DNA of 64,000 nucleotides from Acidimicrobiia bacterium (GCA_052387955.1 JBQTIQ010000064.1:6219-70218); one strand, 5' to 3'; positions 9,340 to 24,384 are shown, counted from the stretch's first letter. Numbers and translations: made by a program. Notes: generated by a model from the sequence alone, not told the origin.

Positions 9340-9361
9340 ACCGTGCCCTACCCTCGCCACC

Positions 9362-10825
9362 ATGGGTGGCGCCCGAACCGACGAGGTCGACCCCGGCCTG
9401 CCGATCAAGCTGGCCCCGTGCTCGAACGGTGAATTCGTCCCCGCCCCCTTGGGTGCGGTGGCCCGCGAGGCCCTTCGTCGGGCTCGGGCCGAGGCCGACG
9501 GCCGGGCCCGCCAGCTGGGCCTGTCACGTCGCCGGTTCCTGCTGTCGTCGATGGGCGCCGCCGCCGGGCTGATCAGCCTCGGGGCCTGCAGCCGGGACGA
9601 GGCCCGCTCGCGGGACGCGGAGCCGGGGGGCACGTTCTCGGTCCCGCCCGATGCTGCCCGCGACCCCGGTGCCGCCGCCTCGGCGATCGGCGGCACCGAG
9701 GCGATCTTCGACGTGCAGACCCACCTGCTCGACTACGACGCCGTGCCGGACGCCCCCGACTTCTGGAGCGGGTTCCCGTTCAAGGACTGCGGCGACGACG
9801 ATCCCCGGCTGTGTTTCGGGATCGACCACTGGTACGAGGAGCTCTTCCTGCGCAGCGATACCGCCGCGGTGGTGCTCTCGGCCATCCCGGTGGTCGCCGA
9901 CGCCGACCCGCTGTCGATCGAGGTGATGGAGCGCGCTCGGGCCGTCGCCGGGCGGCTCTGCGGCGACGGGCACGTGCTGGCCCAGGGCCATGCCGTACCC
10001 AACGTCGGGCGCCTGCCGGCCGCCCTCGACGCCATGACCGCGCTCCACACCGACCACTGTGTCGCGGCCTGGAAGGTCTACACCCACGCCCCCGGGCCGC
10101 CGTGGTCGTTCACCGACGCCACCGGCGAGGCCTTCCTCAGCCGGGTCGAGGTGCTGGCCGCCGCCGGCGGGCCCCGGGTGGTGGCGGTGCACAAGGGCCT
10201 CAGCGGAGGCGACCCGGGGGCCTCACCAGCCGATATCGGCCCCGCCGCGGCGGCGCACCCCGAGGTGGCATTCACCGTCTACCACTCGGGCTACGAGGCC
10301 GGGACCGTCGAGGAGGCCTTGTCCGAGGACGGCCGAGGTGTCGACCGACTGGTCCGGTCGGTGCGCGACGCCGGGCTCGGGCCCGGGTCGAACGTGTACG
10401 CCGAGCTGGGCACGACGTGGCGGGTGCTGATGGGCCGGCCCGACGAGGCCGCCCACGTGTTGGGCAAGCTGCTCCTGGCGGTCGGGCCCGACAACATCCT
10501 GTGGGGGACCGACTCGATCTGGTACGGCAGCCCCCAGGACCAGATCCAGGCCTTCCGGGCCTTCGCCATCGGTGAGGCCTTCCAGGAACGGTTCGGCTAC
10601 CCGGCCCTGACTCCCGAGGTGAAGGCGAAGATCCTGGGCGCCAACGCCGCCCGCCTCTACGGCCTCGACCTCGCCTCGCTGTCCGGGGCCGCCTGCCAGG
10701 CCGACCCCGCCGCCCTCGAAGAGGCCCGCCGGGACACCGCCCTCGGCAACCGCACCTACGGCCCCGTCACCCCTCGGGCGATCCGGTCCAGCTTCGCCCG
10801 CGAGCACCCGTGGACGGTTTCCTGA
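9362..10825 (+). CDS. Tat-exported (lipo)protein, metal-dependent amidohydrolase-fold hydrolase
   Basis: ORF 9014..10825 trimmed to ATG 9362. It has the twin-arginine motif SRRRFLL followed by LGAC, and a C-terminal region typical of amidohydrolase_2-type TIM barrels (ILWGTDSIWYGSPQ). Confidence 0.65.
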   Translation: MGGARTDEVDPGLPIKLAPCSNGEFVPAPLGAVAREALRRARAEADGRARQLGLSRRRFLLSSMGAAAGLISLGACSRDEARSRDAEPGGTFSVPPDAARDPGAAASAIGGTEAIFDVQTHLLDYDAVPDAPDFWSGFPFKDCGDDDPRLCFGIDHWYEELFLRSDTAAVVLSAIPVVADADPLSIEVMERARAVAGRLCGDGHVLAQGHAVPNVGRLPAALDAMTALHTDHCVAAWKVYTHAPGPPWSFTDATGEAFLSRVEVLAAAGGPRVVAVHKGLSGGDPGASPADIGPAAAAHPEVAFTVYHSGYEAGTVEEALSEDGRGVDRLVRSVRDAGLGPGSNVYAELGTTWRVLMGRPDEAAHVLGKLLLAVGPDNILWGTDSIWYGSPQDQIQAFRAFAIGEAFQERFGYPALTPEVKAKILGANAARLYGLDLASLSGAACQADPAALEEARRDTALGNRTYGPVTPRAIRSSFAREHPWTVS

Positions 10826-10879
10826 CTCGACCGGGGTTCAGGATCGAGGGGCATCGGTTTCCTGTGCCCATCAGGCGCC

Positions 10880-12181
10880 CTACGTGCTGGCCAGGTACGC
10901 GGCCAGGGCGGCGGCGTAGGCGCCGGGGTCGGCCGAGCCCATCAGCTCCCGGGCCGAGTGCATGGCCAGTTGCGGGGCCCCCACGTCGACGGTGGGGATC
11001 CCGAGCCGGGCCGCGGTCATCGGGCCGATCGTCGAACCGCAGGGGAGGTCGTTGCGGTGCGAGTAGCGCTGGACGGGGATCCCAGCGTCGTCGCAGGCGT
11101 CGAGGAACGCCGCCGCCGAGCGGGCGTCGGTGGCGTAGCGCTGGTTGACGTTGGTCTTGAGCACGGGGCCGCCGTTCAGCGCGATGCCGTGGTTCGGGTC
11201 GTGCCGTTCGGCGTAGTTGGGGTGGGTGGCATGGGCCATGTCGGCGGAGACACAGGTCGACGCGGCCATGGCCCGGTGCAGGTCTTCGCCCTGGCCGCCA
11301 GCGGCGACGACGAGCCGTTCGAGGGTGCGGCCGAGGAGGGGGCCGCCGGCGCCGGTGGCGCTGGTGCTCCCGACCTCCTCGTGGTCGAACAGGCACACCA
11401 CCGGCACCGGCCTGTCGCCGTCGCCGTGTCCCGGGGCCCCCACGAGGGCCCGGACCGCGGCCCAGCAGGAGCACAGGTTGTCGAGGCGGGGAGCGGCGAT
11501 GAACTCGTCGTCGCGCCCGACGATGGCGCCGGGGGCGAGGTCGTGGACCATCGCGTCCCAGTAGCTGATGTCGTCGGCGGGTACACCGGCCTCCTTGGCC
11601 AGGAACCGCACGAAACCGTCGGTCTCGGGCGGGCCGAGCGCCCACACGGGGTCGAGGTGGTGCTGGGGGTCGAGCTGCAGCCCCTTCGTCGTCACCTCAC
11701 GATCGAGGTGGATGGCGAGCTGAGGGAGGTGGAGGACGGGCCGTTCGACCCGCACCAGGACGAGATCTCCGCCCCGGAGGCCGACCCGGCCCGACAGGCC
11801 GAGGTCCCGGCCCAGCCACGAGTTGGTCAACGCGCCGCCGTAGACCTCGACCGACAGCTGGCGGGCACCGGCGCGGCCCCCGTCGGGCCGGGGCCGGATG
11901 CGCAGGTTGGGGCTGTCGGTGTGGGCGCCCACGATGCGGAACGGTCGCCGTGCCGGACCGGGCCCGCCGGCGGACCAGGCGACCAGGCCACCGTCGCGGG
12001 CCAGGAACCGGCGACCGGGGCCCGCCGGCCACGACTCGGTCTCGGTGACCGCCTCGAACCCGGCGTCAGCCAGTCGGCGGGCGGCCTCGGCCACGGCGTG
12101 GTAGGGCGACGGGGAGGCATCGATGAACGCCAAAAGGTCGCGGGCGGCTTCCAGGCCGGGAGCGGCGTCCGGGTCGGGCAC
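10880..12181 (-). CDS. M18-family aminopeptidase (aspartyl aminopeptidase-like)
   Basis: The N-terminus DFIDASPSPYHAV, the GAHTDSPNL motif and the 433-aa length are all typical of M18. Confidence 0.88.
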   Translation of the reverse strand: MPDPDAAPGLEAARDLLAFIDASPSPYHAVAEAARRLADAGFEAVTETESWPAGPGRRFLARDGGLVAWSAGGPGPARRPFRIVGAHTDSPNLRIRPRPDGGRAGARQLSVEVYGGALTNSWLGRDLGLSGRVGLRGGDLVLVRVERPVLHLPQLAIHLDREVTTKGLQLDPQHHLDPVWALGPPETDGFVRFLAKEAGVPADDISYWDAMVHDLAPGAIVGRDDEFIAAPRLDNLCSCWAAVRALVGAPGHGDGDRPVPVVCLFDHEEVGSTSATGAGGPLLGRTLERLVVAAGGQGEDLHRAMAASTCVSADMAHATHPNYAERHDPNHGIALNGGPVLKTNVNQRYATDARSAAAFLDACDDAGIPVQRYSHRNDLPCGSTIGPMTAARLGIPTVDVGAPQLAMHSARELMGSADPGAYAAALAAYLAST

Positions 12182-12332
12182 GGTACCGAGAGTACGGCGT
12201 CAGCTCCCCGCCGTGGCGCGACGTCCCCTACACTTTGCCGGCTGGTTAGGGCCAACGTCGTCCCTTCGCTCCATGCGGTAACCGTCGTCCGGGACTCGTC
12301 CCGGAGGCGCACCCGATCATCGAAGAGAGACG

Positions 12333-16868
<4,536 letters not shown>

Positions 16869-16918
16869 TGCACCAGCCCGGCGCTCCCGCCTCCCGTCCC
16901 GACTCGCGAAAGCTGAAC

Positions 16919-18379
16919 ATGGGTGACATCCAAGGGTTCTTGAAGCACGACCGCGAGCTACCGCGGCGGCGGCCGGTGCCGGTGCGCCTGCTCGACTGGC
17001 ACGAGGTCTACGAGCCCTTCCCCGACCCCGCCCTGCGGGCGCAGGCGAGCCGGTGCATGGACTGCGGTATCCCCTTCTGCAACAACGGCTGCCCGCTCGG
17101 CAACCTCATTCCCGACTGGAACGACCTCGTGTTCCGGGACCAGTGGCACCAGGCCATCGACCGGCTGCACGCCACCAACAACTTCCCCGAGTTCACCGGC
17201 CGCCTGTGCCCGGCGCCGTGCGAAGCGGCGTGCGTGCTCGGCATCAACCAGTCGCCGGTGACGATCAAGCAGGTGGAGGTCAGCATCATCGACCGGGCCT
17301 GGGAGGAAGGCTGGGTCCGGCCGGTCCCACCGTCGAGCCATACCGGGAAGCGGGTGGCGGTGGTGGGCTCGGGCCCGGCCGGGCTGGCCGCCGCCCAACA
17401 GCTAGCCCGGGCCGGCCACACGGTCGTCGTGTACGAGAGGGCCGACCGCATCGGTGGCCTGCTGCGCTACGGCATCCCCGAGTTCAAGATGGAAAAGCGC
17501 CATCTCGACCGTCGCCTCGACCAGATGCGGGCCGAAGGCGTCGAGTTCCGGCCCGGCGCCGACCTCGGGGCCGACGACGGCGTGGCCGTCAGCGAGCTCG
17601 ACGGTTACGACGCGGTGGTGCTGGCCATCGGTGCCACCGCCTGGCGCGACCTCGACATCCCCGGCCGCCAGTTCGAAGGCGTGCACCAGGCCATGGAGTA
17701 CCTGCCGTGGGCCAACCGTGCCCAGGAGGGCGACCTCGACCCCGAGGCAACGCCCATCACCGCCAAGGGCAAGCAGGTCGTGATCATCGGCGGCGGCGAC
17801 ACCGGCGCCGACTGCCTCGGCACCGTGCACCGCCAGGGCGCAGCATCGGTGCACCAGCTCGAGATCATGCCCCGGCCCGCGGACGAACGCCCCGACACCA
17901 ACCCCTGGCCGACCTGGCCGATGATCTATCGCACTGCCTCGGCCCACGAAGAGGGCGGAGAACGGGTCTTCGCCGTCAACACCCAGGAGTTCCTGGGCGA
18001 CGACGAGGGACAGCTACGCGCCCTGGTCATGAACGAGGTCACCTTCGCCGAAGGCCGGTTCCAGCCGGTCGAGGGCACGGCCGTCGAGGTCCCCTGCGAG
18101 CTCGTGCTGCTGGCCATGGGCTTCACCGGGCCCCAACGCCACGGCCTCGTCGACGACCTCGGCCTCGAGCTCGACCCCAGGGGGAACGTGGCTCGCGACG
18201 CTGACTACCTCACCAGCCGTCCGGCGACCTTCGCCTGCGGTGACATGGGCCGGGGCCAGAGCCTCATCGTGTGGGCCATCGCCGAGGGCCGCGCCTGCGC
18301 CGCCGCCGTCGACCGCCTCCTCATGGGGACCACCCAGCTGCCCGAACCGATCAGCCCCTTCGCCCGGCCATTGGTCTGA
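16919..18379 (+). CDS. gltD: glutamate synthase small subunit (NADPH)
   Basis: ORF 16664..18379 trimmed to ATG 16919 (MGDIQGFLKH). It has the Fe-S cysteines CMDCGIPFC and the FAD/NAD fold GSGPAGLAAA. Confidence 0.95.
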   Translation: MGDIQGFLKHDRELPRRRPVPVRLLDWHEVYEPFPDPALRAQASRCMDCGIPFCNNGCPLGNLIPDWNDLVFRDQWHQAIDRLHATNNFPEFTGRLCPAPCEAACVLGINQSPVTIKQVEVSIIDRAWEEGWVRPVPPSSHTGKRVAVVGSGPAGLAAAQQLARAGHTVVVYERADRIGGLLRYGIPEFKMEKRHLDRRLDQMRAEGVEFRPGADLGADDGVAVSELDGYDAVVLAIGATAWRDLDIPGRQFEGVHQAMEYLPWANRAQEGDLDPEATPITAKGKQVVIIGGGDTGADCLGTVHRQGAASVHQLEIMPRPADERPDTNPWPTWPMIYRTASAHEEGGERVFAVNTQEFLGDDEGQLRALVMNEVTFAEGRFQPVEGTAVEVPCELVLLAMGFTGPQRHGLVDDLGLELDPRGNVARDADYLTSRPATFACGDMGRGQSLIVWAIAEGRACAAAVDRLLMGTTQLPEPISPFARPLV

Positions 18380-18459
18380 GGCTCGCCGGCACGGCCGCCG
18401 TGCACCACAGGGCGCGCCGACGCAGCGGCGTCCCGGCCGGCGGCGGCCTCGGTTCATGG

Positions 18460-19797
18460 TCAGCGCCGGCCGCCCACCGCGGCTCGCCGGTCGGCGAGCG
18501 CCCCGTCGACCACCTGCGCCAACAGGACCAGGCACGCCAGCCGCAACACCACCGCCGAGGTCAGGGCGTGCCGGCCGAGCTCGATGGTCGAGGAGTGCCA
18601 CGACAGGTATAGGCCGGCGACGGCCAGGCTGGCGGCCGCCACCGGGACCAGGTGGCGGGGCTCGACGCCGGCTCGTCGCCACCGCCACGCCACCGCCGCC
18701 ACTGCCCCCACGACCAGGGCGAGGGCGGTGCCGGTTCGGCCCGGGGCGAACAGCACGGCTTCGAGGGGTTCGGGGAGGAGCCGGCGGCTGGCGGCGTAGG
18801 CGTTGGCCGGGGCCAACAAGGGGTCGACATCGACCGGGGGGTCGGCGTAGGCGGGCCGCACCGACAACATGTCAGCCAGCGGTGCCGTCACCGTGTACCA
18901 CGGGTGCGTCACCAGGTAGAAGGCGTAGGTGGCGGGGGCGTCGTGCGAGAGCCACCGGGCAAAGGCCGGGTCGGCCTCCAACGGTTCGGGCGGCGTCGCC
19001 CTCCCCGGCTCCAGGAAGGGCGGGACCGGCATCCCATGGTCCTCGAACCAGTCGAGACGAGCCCGGTCGGGTGCCACCCGGGTGCCGACGACCAGGGCCA
19101 GGTTGTGGTCACGCGCTTCGGTGTTGCGGCCGTAGGCCACCTGGCCCCAGAGGGCGCTGGCCAGCAGGCCGGCGGCCAGCACCAGCCACGGCCCGGTCCG
19201 GGCCCGGGCCGACACCAGCACCGCCGCACCCACCACCGCCCACAGCAGGTACAGGTGGTCCTGCCGGGTGAACAGCCAGAGCACCGACAGGGCCACGACG
19301 GCGCCGGCCGCCACCGCCGACGGCCGCGCCACCATGCGGGCCCAGGCCGCCAGCAGGCCGGCGGAGAGGGACAGCGCCAGCGATTCCGACAGGATGGCGG
19401 CGTCCCAGTTGGTGACCGAGGTGGTCAGGCCCAGGGCCAGCACGGTCCCGGCGGCGGCGGCCGCCACCCGCCGGTCCCCCACGGTGCCGGCCACCGCCAG
19501 GGCGAGGCCCGTCCACGCCGCCGCCGCGACCAGGGCCTGCACCACCAGTCGGGCCTCGAGGGGCCCGAACGCCTCGTACAGGAGGGGTACCGTCCACGGC
19601 CGCTTCGCCCCGCCGGTGAAGTCGAGCAGCTCGTACTCGCCCGAGTCCACGTAGACGTAGGGGTGGATGCCGGCGATCGCCGCCAGTCGCAGGGCCGCGA
19701 CCATCGCGAAGAGGGCGCCGGCGACAACCGCCGCCCGCCGCCAGACGTCGCGGGCTACGACACGCCCGGTCCCCGTACCGTCGGCCCGTCCCGCCAC
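18460..19797 (-). CDS. polytopic membrane protein, function unknown
   Basis: The 445-aa protein has many hydrophobic spans and G/C-rich third positions. It is co-directional with and immediately downstream of lon. Confidence 0.6.
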   Translation of the reverse strand: MAGRADGTGTGRVVARDVWRRAAVVAGALFAMVAALRLAAIAGIHPYVYVDSGEYELLDFTGGAKRPWTVPLLYEAFGPLEARLVVQALVAAAAWTGLALAVAGTVGDRRVAAAAAGTVLALGLTTSVTNWDAAILSESLALSLSAGLLAAWARMVARPSAVAAGAVVALSVLWLFTRQDHLYLLWAVVGAAVLVSARARTGPWLVLAAGLLASALWGQVAYGRNTEARDHNLALVVGTRVAPDRARLDWFEDHGMPVPPFLEPGRATPPEPLEADPAFARWLSHDAPATYAFYLVTHPWYTVTAPLADMLSVRPAYADPPVDVDPLLAPANAYAASRRLLPEPLEAVLFAPGRTGTALALVVGAVAAVAWRWRRAGVEPRHLVPVAAASLAVAGLYLSWHSSTIELGRHALTSAVVLRLACLVLLAQVVDGALADRRAAVGGRR

Positions 19798-19853
19798 GAC
19801 GCGATCATCGCATCGACCCGCCTACCCACCGCCGAAACCGGGGAACGGCTACC

Positions 19854-22214
19854 TCAGACCAAGGCCAGTTCCAGCACCTTGGCAACGTCATCGACGGGAT
19901 GGAAGGTCATGGCCTGGCGCACCGCGTCGGGCACGTCGTCGAGGTCGGCTTCGTTGAGCAGCGGCAGGATCACATCGGTGATCCCTGCCCGATGGGCCGC
20001 CAGGACCTTTTGCTTGAGGCCGCCGATGGGCAGGACCCGGCCATGGAGGGTGATCTCCCCGGTCATGCCCACGGTCGACTTCACCGGCCGAGCGGTCAGC
20101 AGGCTGACCAGGGCCGTGGTCATGGTGATACCGGCCGACGGGCCGTCCTTGGGGACGGCGCCGGCGGGGAAGTGCACGTGGAAGCTGCGCCCGGCCAACG
20201 CCGCCGGCTCGATGCCCAGGTCGCCGGCCCGTGAGCGCACGTAGGAGAGGGCGATCTGGGCCGACTCCTTCATGACGTCGCCAAGCTGGCCGGTCACGGT
20301 GAGCGTCGGGGTGCCGTCGGCCCCGGGCCCGTCCATGGCGGTGGCCTCGACGAAGAGCACGTCGCCGCCGTGACCGGTGACGGCCAGCCCGGTTGCGACA
20401 CCGGCGACCGACGTCCGCTCGGCGACCTCGGCATGGAACTTCGGCCGGCCGAGATAGCCGCGCACGTCGTCGCGGTCGACGACGATGGGCGTGGGCCCAC
20501 CGCTGGCGATCCTGGTGGCCGACTTGCGTAGCACCTTGCCCAGCTCACGCTCGAGGCCGCGCACGCCCGCCTCACGGGTGTACGACGCCACCACCTCGTG
20601 CAGGGCGCCGTCGGTGACCACCACATCGCCTTCGAGCAGGGCGTTGCCGGCGAACTGGCGGCTGAGCAGGTGGTCGCGGGCGATGGCGACCTTCTCGTCC
20701 TCGGTGTAGCCATCGAGGCGGATGATCTCCATCCGGTCGAGCAGCGGTCCGGGGATGGTCTCCACCACGTTGGCGGTGGCGATGAACAGCACGTCGGACA
20801 AGTCGAGGTCGACTTCGAGGTAGTGGTCGCGGAACGTGTGGTTCTGGGCCGGGTCGAGCACCTCGAGGAGCGCCGAGGACGGCTCGCCGCGCCAGTCGGC
20901 ACCGACCTTGTCGACCTCGTCGAGCAGGACCACCGGGTTCATCGAACCGGCTTCGGTCAACGCCCGGACGATCCGTCCGGCCTGGGCGCCGACATAGGTA
21001 CGACGGTGGCCCCGGATCTCGGCCTCGTCCCGGATCCCGCCCAGGGACACCCGCACGAAGGTGCGCCCGAGGGCACGGGCGATCGACTCGCCCAGGGAGG
21101 TCTTGCCCACCCCGGGCGGGCCCACCAGCGACACGATGGCACCGGGCTTGCGACGACCCCCGCTCCCTTGGTCGTCGATACCCCGCTCGGCCCGGAGCTT
21201 GCGCACGGCGAGGAACTCGACGATCCGCTCCTTGACCTCGTCGAGGCCGGTGTGGTCGGCGTCGAGCACGGCCCGCGCCGCGTCGATGTCGAGCTCGTCG
21301 GCGCTACGTCCGGCCCACGGCACGGCGAAGACCGTGTCGAGCCAGGTCCGGATCCAGCCGTGCTCCATGTTCTGCGTCGGCGTGCGCTCCAGACGCCCGA
21401 TCTCACGCTCGATGGCCTTGGCCACCGACGCCACCAGCACGCCGTCGGCGTCGAGCGCGGCCAGCCGCTCGCGGTAGCCGGCGACGAGGTCTTCCTCGTC
21501 TCCTTCGTCGCCCAGCTCCTTGCGGATCGCCTGGAGCTGCTGGCGGAGGAGGAACTCACGCTGGTTCTTCTCGAGGCCTTCGGAGACGTCCTTGCGGATG
21601 GTCTCGGCCAGTTCCAGCTCGGCCATCGCCTCTTTGACCCAGCCCAGGACCTTCTCGAGGCGTTCTTCGACGTCGATGGTCTCGAGCAGCTCGACCTTTC
21701 GCGCCAGGCTCAGGTCGGGCCACCAGCCGGCGAGGTCGGCGAGGGCTCCGGGGTCCTCGGTGCCGCGCAGGACCTCGGTCAGCCGCCGGCCTCCGATCCG
21801 GTCGAACAGGGCGCGCACGGCAGCCCGCAGTTCGGCCGCCCGTTCAACGGCTCGGGAGGTCGGTGGAGTGTCGGCAACGGGGTCGGCATGGGCCCACAGC
21901 GCGGCGGTCTGGCCGAGGATGCCCTGGCCCATCCGGGCCCGTGCCGTAGCCCGGACCACGAGCGCACGGGCCCCTCCGGGCAGGGTGCCCTGGTTCTCGA
22001 TCTGGGCGATCGTACCGACGCGGGCGAGACGGCCCTTCTCGTCGCGGGGGACGAGCAGCAGGCGCCCGTCGGCGCCTTCGGCCGCCTCGGCGGCCAGACG
22101 AGCCTCGTCGGTCTCGAGGGCAAGGGTGACCACCATCTGCGGGAGCACGACGCCGGTGCTGAGGGGCAGTACCGGCAGGGTCAAGACCTCGAGACGATCA
22201 GCAGCGTCGGCCAT
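19854..22214 (-). CDS. lon: ATP-dependent Lon protease
   Basis: It has a LON N-terminal domain, the Walker A motif GPPGVGKTS and the protease serine motif PKDGPSAG. GAGGAG lies 5 nt upstream of the ATG. Confidence 0.97.
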   Translation of the reverse strand: MADAADRLEVLTLPVLPLSTGVVLPQMVVTLALETDEARLAAEAAEGADGRLLLVPRDEKGRLARVGTIAQIENQGTLPGGARALVVRATARARMGQGILGQTAALWAHADPVADTPPTSRAVERAAELRAAVRALFDRIGGRRLTEVLRGTEDPGALADLAGWWPDLSLARKVELLETIDVEERLEKVLGWVKEAMAELELAETIRKDVSEGLEKNQREFLLRQQLQAIRKELGDEGDEEDLVAGYRERLAALDADGVLVASVAKAIEREIGRLERTPTQNMEHGWIRTWLDTVFAVPWAGRSADELDIDAARAVLDADHTGLDEVKERIVEFLAVRKLRAERGIDDQGSGGRRKPGAIVSLVGPPGVGKTSLGESIARALGRTFVRVSLGGIRDEAEIRGHRRTYVGAQAGRIVRALTEAGSMNPVVLLDEVDKVGADWRGEPSSALLEVLDPAQNHTFRDHYLEVDLDLSDVLFIATANVVETIPGPLLDRMEIIRLDGYTEDEKVAIARDHLLSRQFAGNALLEGDVVVTDGALHEVVASYTREAGVRGLERELGKVLRKSATRIASGGPTPIVVDRDDVRGYLGRPKFHAEVAERTSVAGVATGLAVTGHGGDVLFVEATAMDGPGADGTPTLTVTGQLGDVMKESAQIALSYVRSRAGDLGIEPAALAGRSFHVHFPAGAVPKDGPSAGITMTTALVSLLTARPVKSTVGMTGEITLHGRVLPIGGLKQKVLAAHRAGITDVILPLLNEADLDDVPDAVRQAMTFHPVDDVAKVLELALV

Positions 22215-22328
22215 GATGGCTCCTCATAGCGAAGTAACTAGCAAACGACAAGTCACCGAACACTAGGCCGGCGCACGGCATTCCCCACCGAGGTACTTGC
22301 TTGGGCCGCTGACCGGCCGGCCCAGCCG

Positions 22329-22414
22329 CCTGACAGGTGCGCCCGTCTGCCGATGCGAGCGCCGGAGCGAAGGCGCGGTCGGGCGCGGCCTGCGGGGCCG
22401 GGGAACGCAGCCGG
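22329..22414 (-). repeat. REP-like imperfect palindrome, copy b (reverse orientation)
   Basis: The reverse complement reads ccggctgcgttccccggccccgcaggccgcgcccgaccgcgccttcgctccggcgctcgcatcggcagacgggcgcacctgtcagg. Confidence 0.8.
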
Positions 22415-22443
22415 CGTCTGCCTCTCCGGCGGGCCGGCCGGTG

Positions 22444-23136
22444 TTAGGGCGCGAGGCGAGCCCGGAGACGGCCCGAGGCCGGGCCCAGCCCCGGCAGCTG
22501 GACCTGGAGCGGCACGCCGGCCGCGGCAGCCAGGCCGGCGACGTGGTCCTCGACCTCGCGCCAGGTTTCCGCTCGGGGCCCCGCCAGGCCGGCGTTGTAG
22601 GGAGCATCGAACACGATCACGTTGCTCCCCGCCGCCCTGAGGGATTCCACGATGGTCGGGCTGTCGTCGACGTAGCAATCGGCGCCGACCTGCGGTTTGT
22701 CACCGAGGAAGCACAGGTCGCGGTACGGGATGTCATGACGGTCGAGCCAGGCGACGGTGTCGGAGACGGCGACCGCGTGGCCCCAGTTGACGCACAGCCG
22801 GTGCGTGATAATTCGGATCCAGACCCCGGCGTCGGACAGCCGCCAGAGGGCATCGGCGCATCCCGGCATCACCGGCATCTCGAGGAACATCCGGTGCTCG
22901 AGGACGGCGACCCGGTGGAGCCGGTCGAACCCGCCGACCTCGGCGAGACCCCATTCGTCGAAGTTCCAGGACCGGTCTGGTTCCAGCTGCGACGGGTCGA
23001 TCCCCCGTTCGCGCCCGACCACCCGGCCGAAGGCGGTGGTGTAGTCGCCGCACACGCCGTCGAGGTCGACGCCGAGCACGAAGGCCGACGACGCCGACGG
23101 CTGGGCCGCTGACCCCCCGCCGCCGTCACCGGTCAC
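22444..23136 (-). CDS. HAD-superfamily 5'(3')-deoxyribonucleotidase-like phosphatase
   Basis: It has the DxDG nucleophile motif (LGVDLDGVCGDY) and overall resembles NT5C-type nucleotidases. Confidence 0.7.
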   Translation of the reverse strand: MTGDGGGGSAAQPSASSAFVLGVDLDGVCGDYTTAFGRVVGRERGIDPSQLEPDRSWNFDEWGLAEVGGFDRLHRVAVLEHRMFLEMPVMPGCADALWRLSDAGVWIRIITHRLCVNWGHAVAVSDTVAWLDRHDIPYRDLCFLGDKPQVGADCYVDDSPTIVESLRAAGSNVIVFDAPYNAGLAGPRAETWREVEDHVAGLAAAAGVPLQVQLPGLGPASGRLRARLAP

Positions 23137-23190
23137 GGTCGCTGCCGTTCGAGCCGTGCGCCCAAGGGCCCGACGCTACCGGTCGGGCAA

Positions 23191-23373
23191 TGCTGGCTGC
23201 GTTCCCCGGCCACGCAGGCCGCGCCCGGCCGCGCCTGCGCTGGCGCTCCGCCGCTCGCACCGCCAGACAGGTACACCCGCCAGGCGCTGGCTGCGTTCCC
23301 CGGCCACGCAGGCCGCGCCCGGCCGCGCCTGCGCTGGCGCTCCGCCGCTCGCACCGCCAGACGGGTGCACTGG
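23191..23373 (+). repeat. REP-like elements, copies c1 and c2 (head-to-tail pair)
   Basis: Copy c1 spans 23191-23277 and copy c2 spans 23285-23373. Both read (t)gctggctgcgttccccggccacgcaggccgcgcccggccgcgcctgcgctggcgctccgccgctcgcaccgccagac(a/g)gg..cac. They lie in the divergent region between the HAD and ppm1 genes. Confidence 0.9.
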
Positions 23374-23500
23374 CCAGGCTCCACCTGGCGTTCACTCGCC
23401 GGACATGACTGGTAGTGGGTACCCGTCGGCGCCTAACTTCGGGCCCGGCCGCGTCACGCTGTCGTGGCATGGCCACCGTGGCGCCGCCCCAAAGACCCTG

Positions 23501-24313
23501 ATGCCCAGCTCCGATCCCACCGCCGGCGTCCCGTCGCGGCCCGTGCCCCCCGAGCGCCCGCTGGTCGTGCTGCCGACGTTCCAGGAGGCGGAGAACATCG
23601 CCGACGTGCTCGGCCGCATCCGGGCTGCTCTCCCGGCAGCGATGGTGGTGGTGGTCGACGACGGCAGCCCTGACGGCACCGCCGACCTCGCCGTGGCCGC
23701 GGCCGCGGAGTTGGGCCAGGTCGAGGTGCTCCGGCGCCCGGGTAAGGCCGGGCTCGGGTCGGCCTACCGCTACGGCTTCGCCTGGGGGCTCGCTCACGGC
23801 TTCGACGCCCTCATCGAGATGGACGCCGACCTGTCCCACGACCCGGCCATGCTGCCGACGCTGCTGGCCCCCCTGGGCGCTGGCTACGACCTCGCCATCG
23901 GGTCTCGCTACGTACCCGGCGGCTCCACCCCCAAGTGGAAGTGGTACCGGCTCCTGCTGTCCAAGGGCGGCAACCGCTACGCCGGAGTGATGCTCGGCCT
24001 GGGCGTGCGCGATGCCACCGCCGGTTTCCGGGCGTACCGGGCCGACCTGCTCGGCGGGCTCGACCTCTCGAGCATCAGGGCCGAGGGCTACGGGTTCCAG
24101 ATCGAGATGACGTACGAGGCACGCCGGGCCGGTGCCCAGATCATCGAGGTCCCGATCTCGTTCCGGGACCGGGTTCGTGGCACCTCGAAGATGTCGGGCC
24201 GAATCGTGGTCGAAGCCCTCGCGCTCGTCACCTGGTGGGGCGTGCGGGACCGGGTCCTGCGCCGTCAGCGACGGCCCTCGCCGCAGCCACTGAAGCCGGC
24301 CGACTGCCGCTGA
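23501..24313 (+). CDS. ppm1: polyprenol-phosphate mannosyltransferase (Ppm1/DPM1-type GT2)
   Basis: ORF 23156..24313 trimmed to ATG 23501 (alternative ATG 23405). Motifs are VVVDDGSPDGT and EMDADLSHDP. Confidence 0.85.
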   Translation: MPSSDPTAGVPSRPVPPERPLVVLPTFQEAENIADVLGRIRAALPAAMVVVVDDGSPDGTADLAVAAAAELGQVEVLRRPGKAGLGSAYRYGFAWGLAHGFDALIEMDADLSHDPAMLPTLLAPLGAGYDLAIGSRYVPGGSTPKWKWYRLLLSKGGNRYAGVMLGLGVRDATAGFRAYRADLLGGLDLSSIRAEGYGFQIEMTYEARRAGAQIIEVPISFRDRVRGTSKMSGRIVVEALALVTWWGVRDRVLRRQRRPSPQPLKPADCR

Positions 24314-24363
24314 CCGCGGCCCTACGGTCCCGTCTCCGGCGCCAGGAGCCGGGCGCTCGGCCG

Positions 24364-24384
24364 GTGCCTGTCCTCAGCAGGCAC
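24364..24384. terminator. hairpin between convergent genes
   Basis: GTGCCTG-tcctcag-CAGGCAC forms a 7-bp stem and spans the stop codon of the small minus-strand ORF. Confidence 0.35.
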
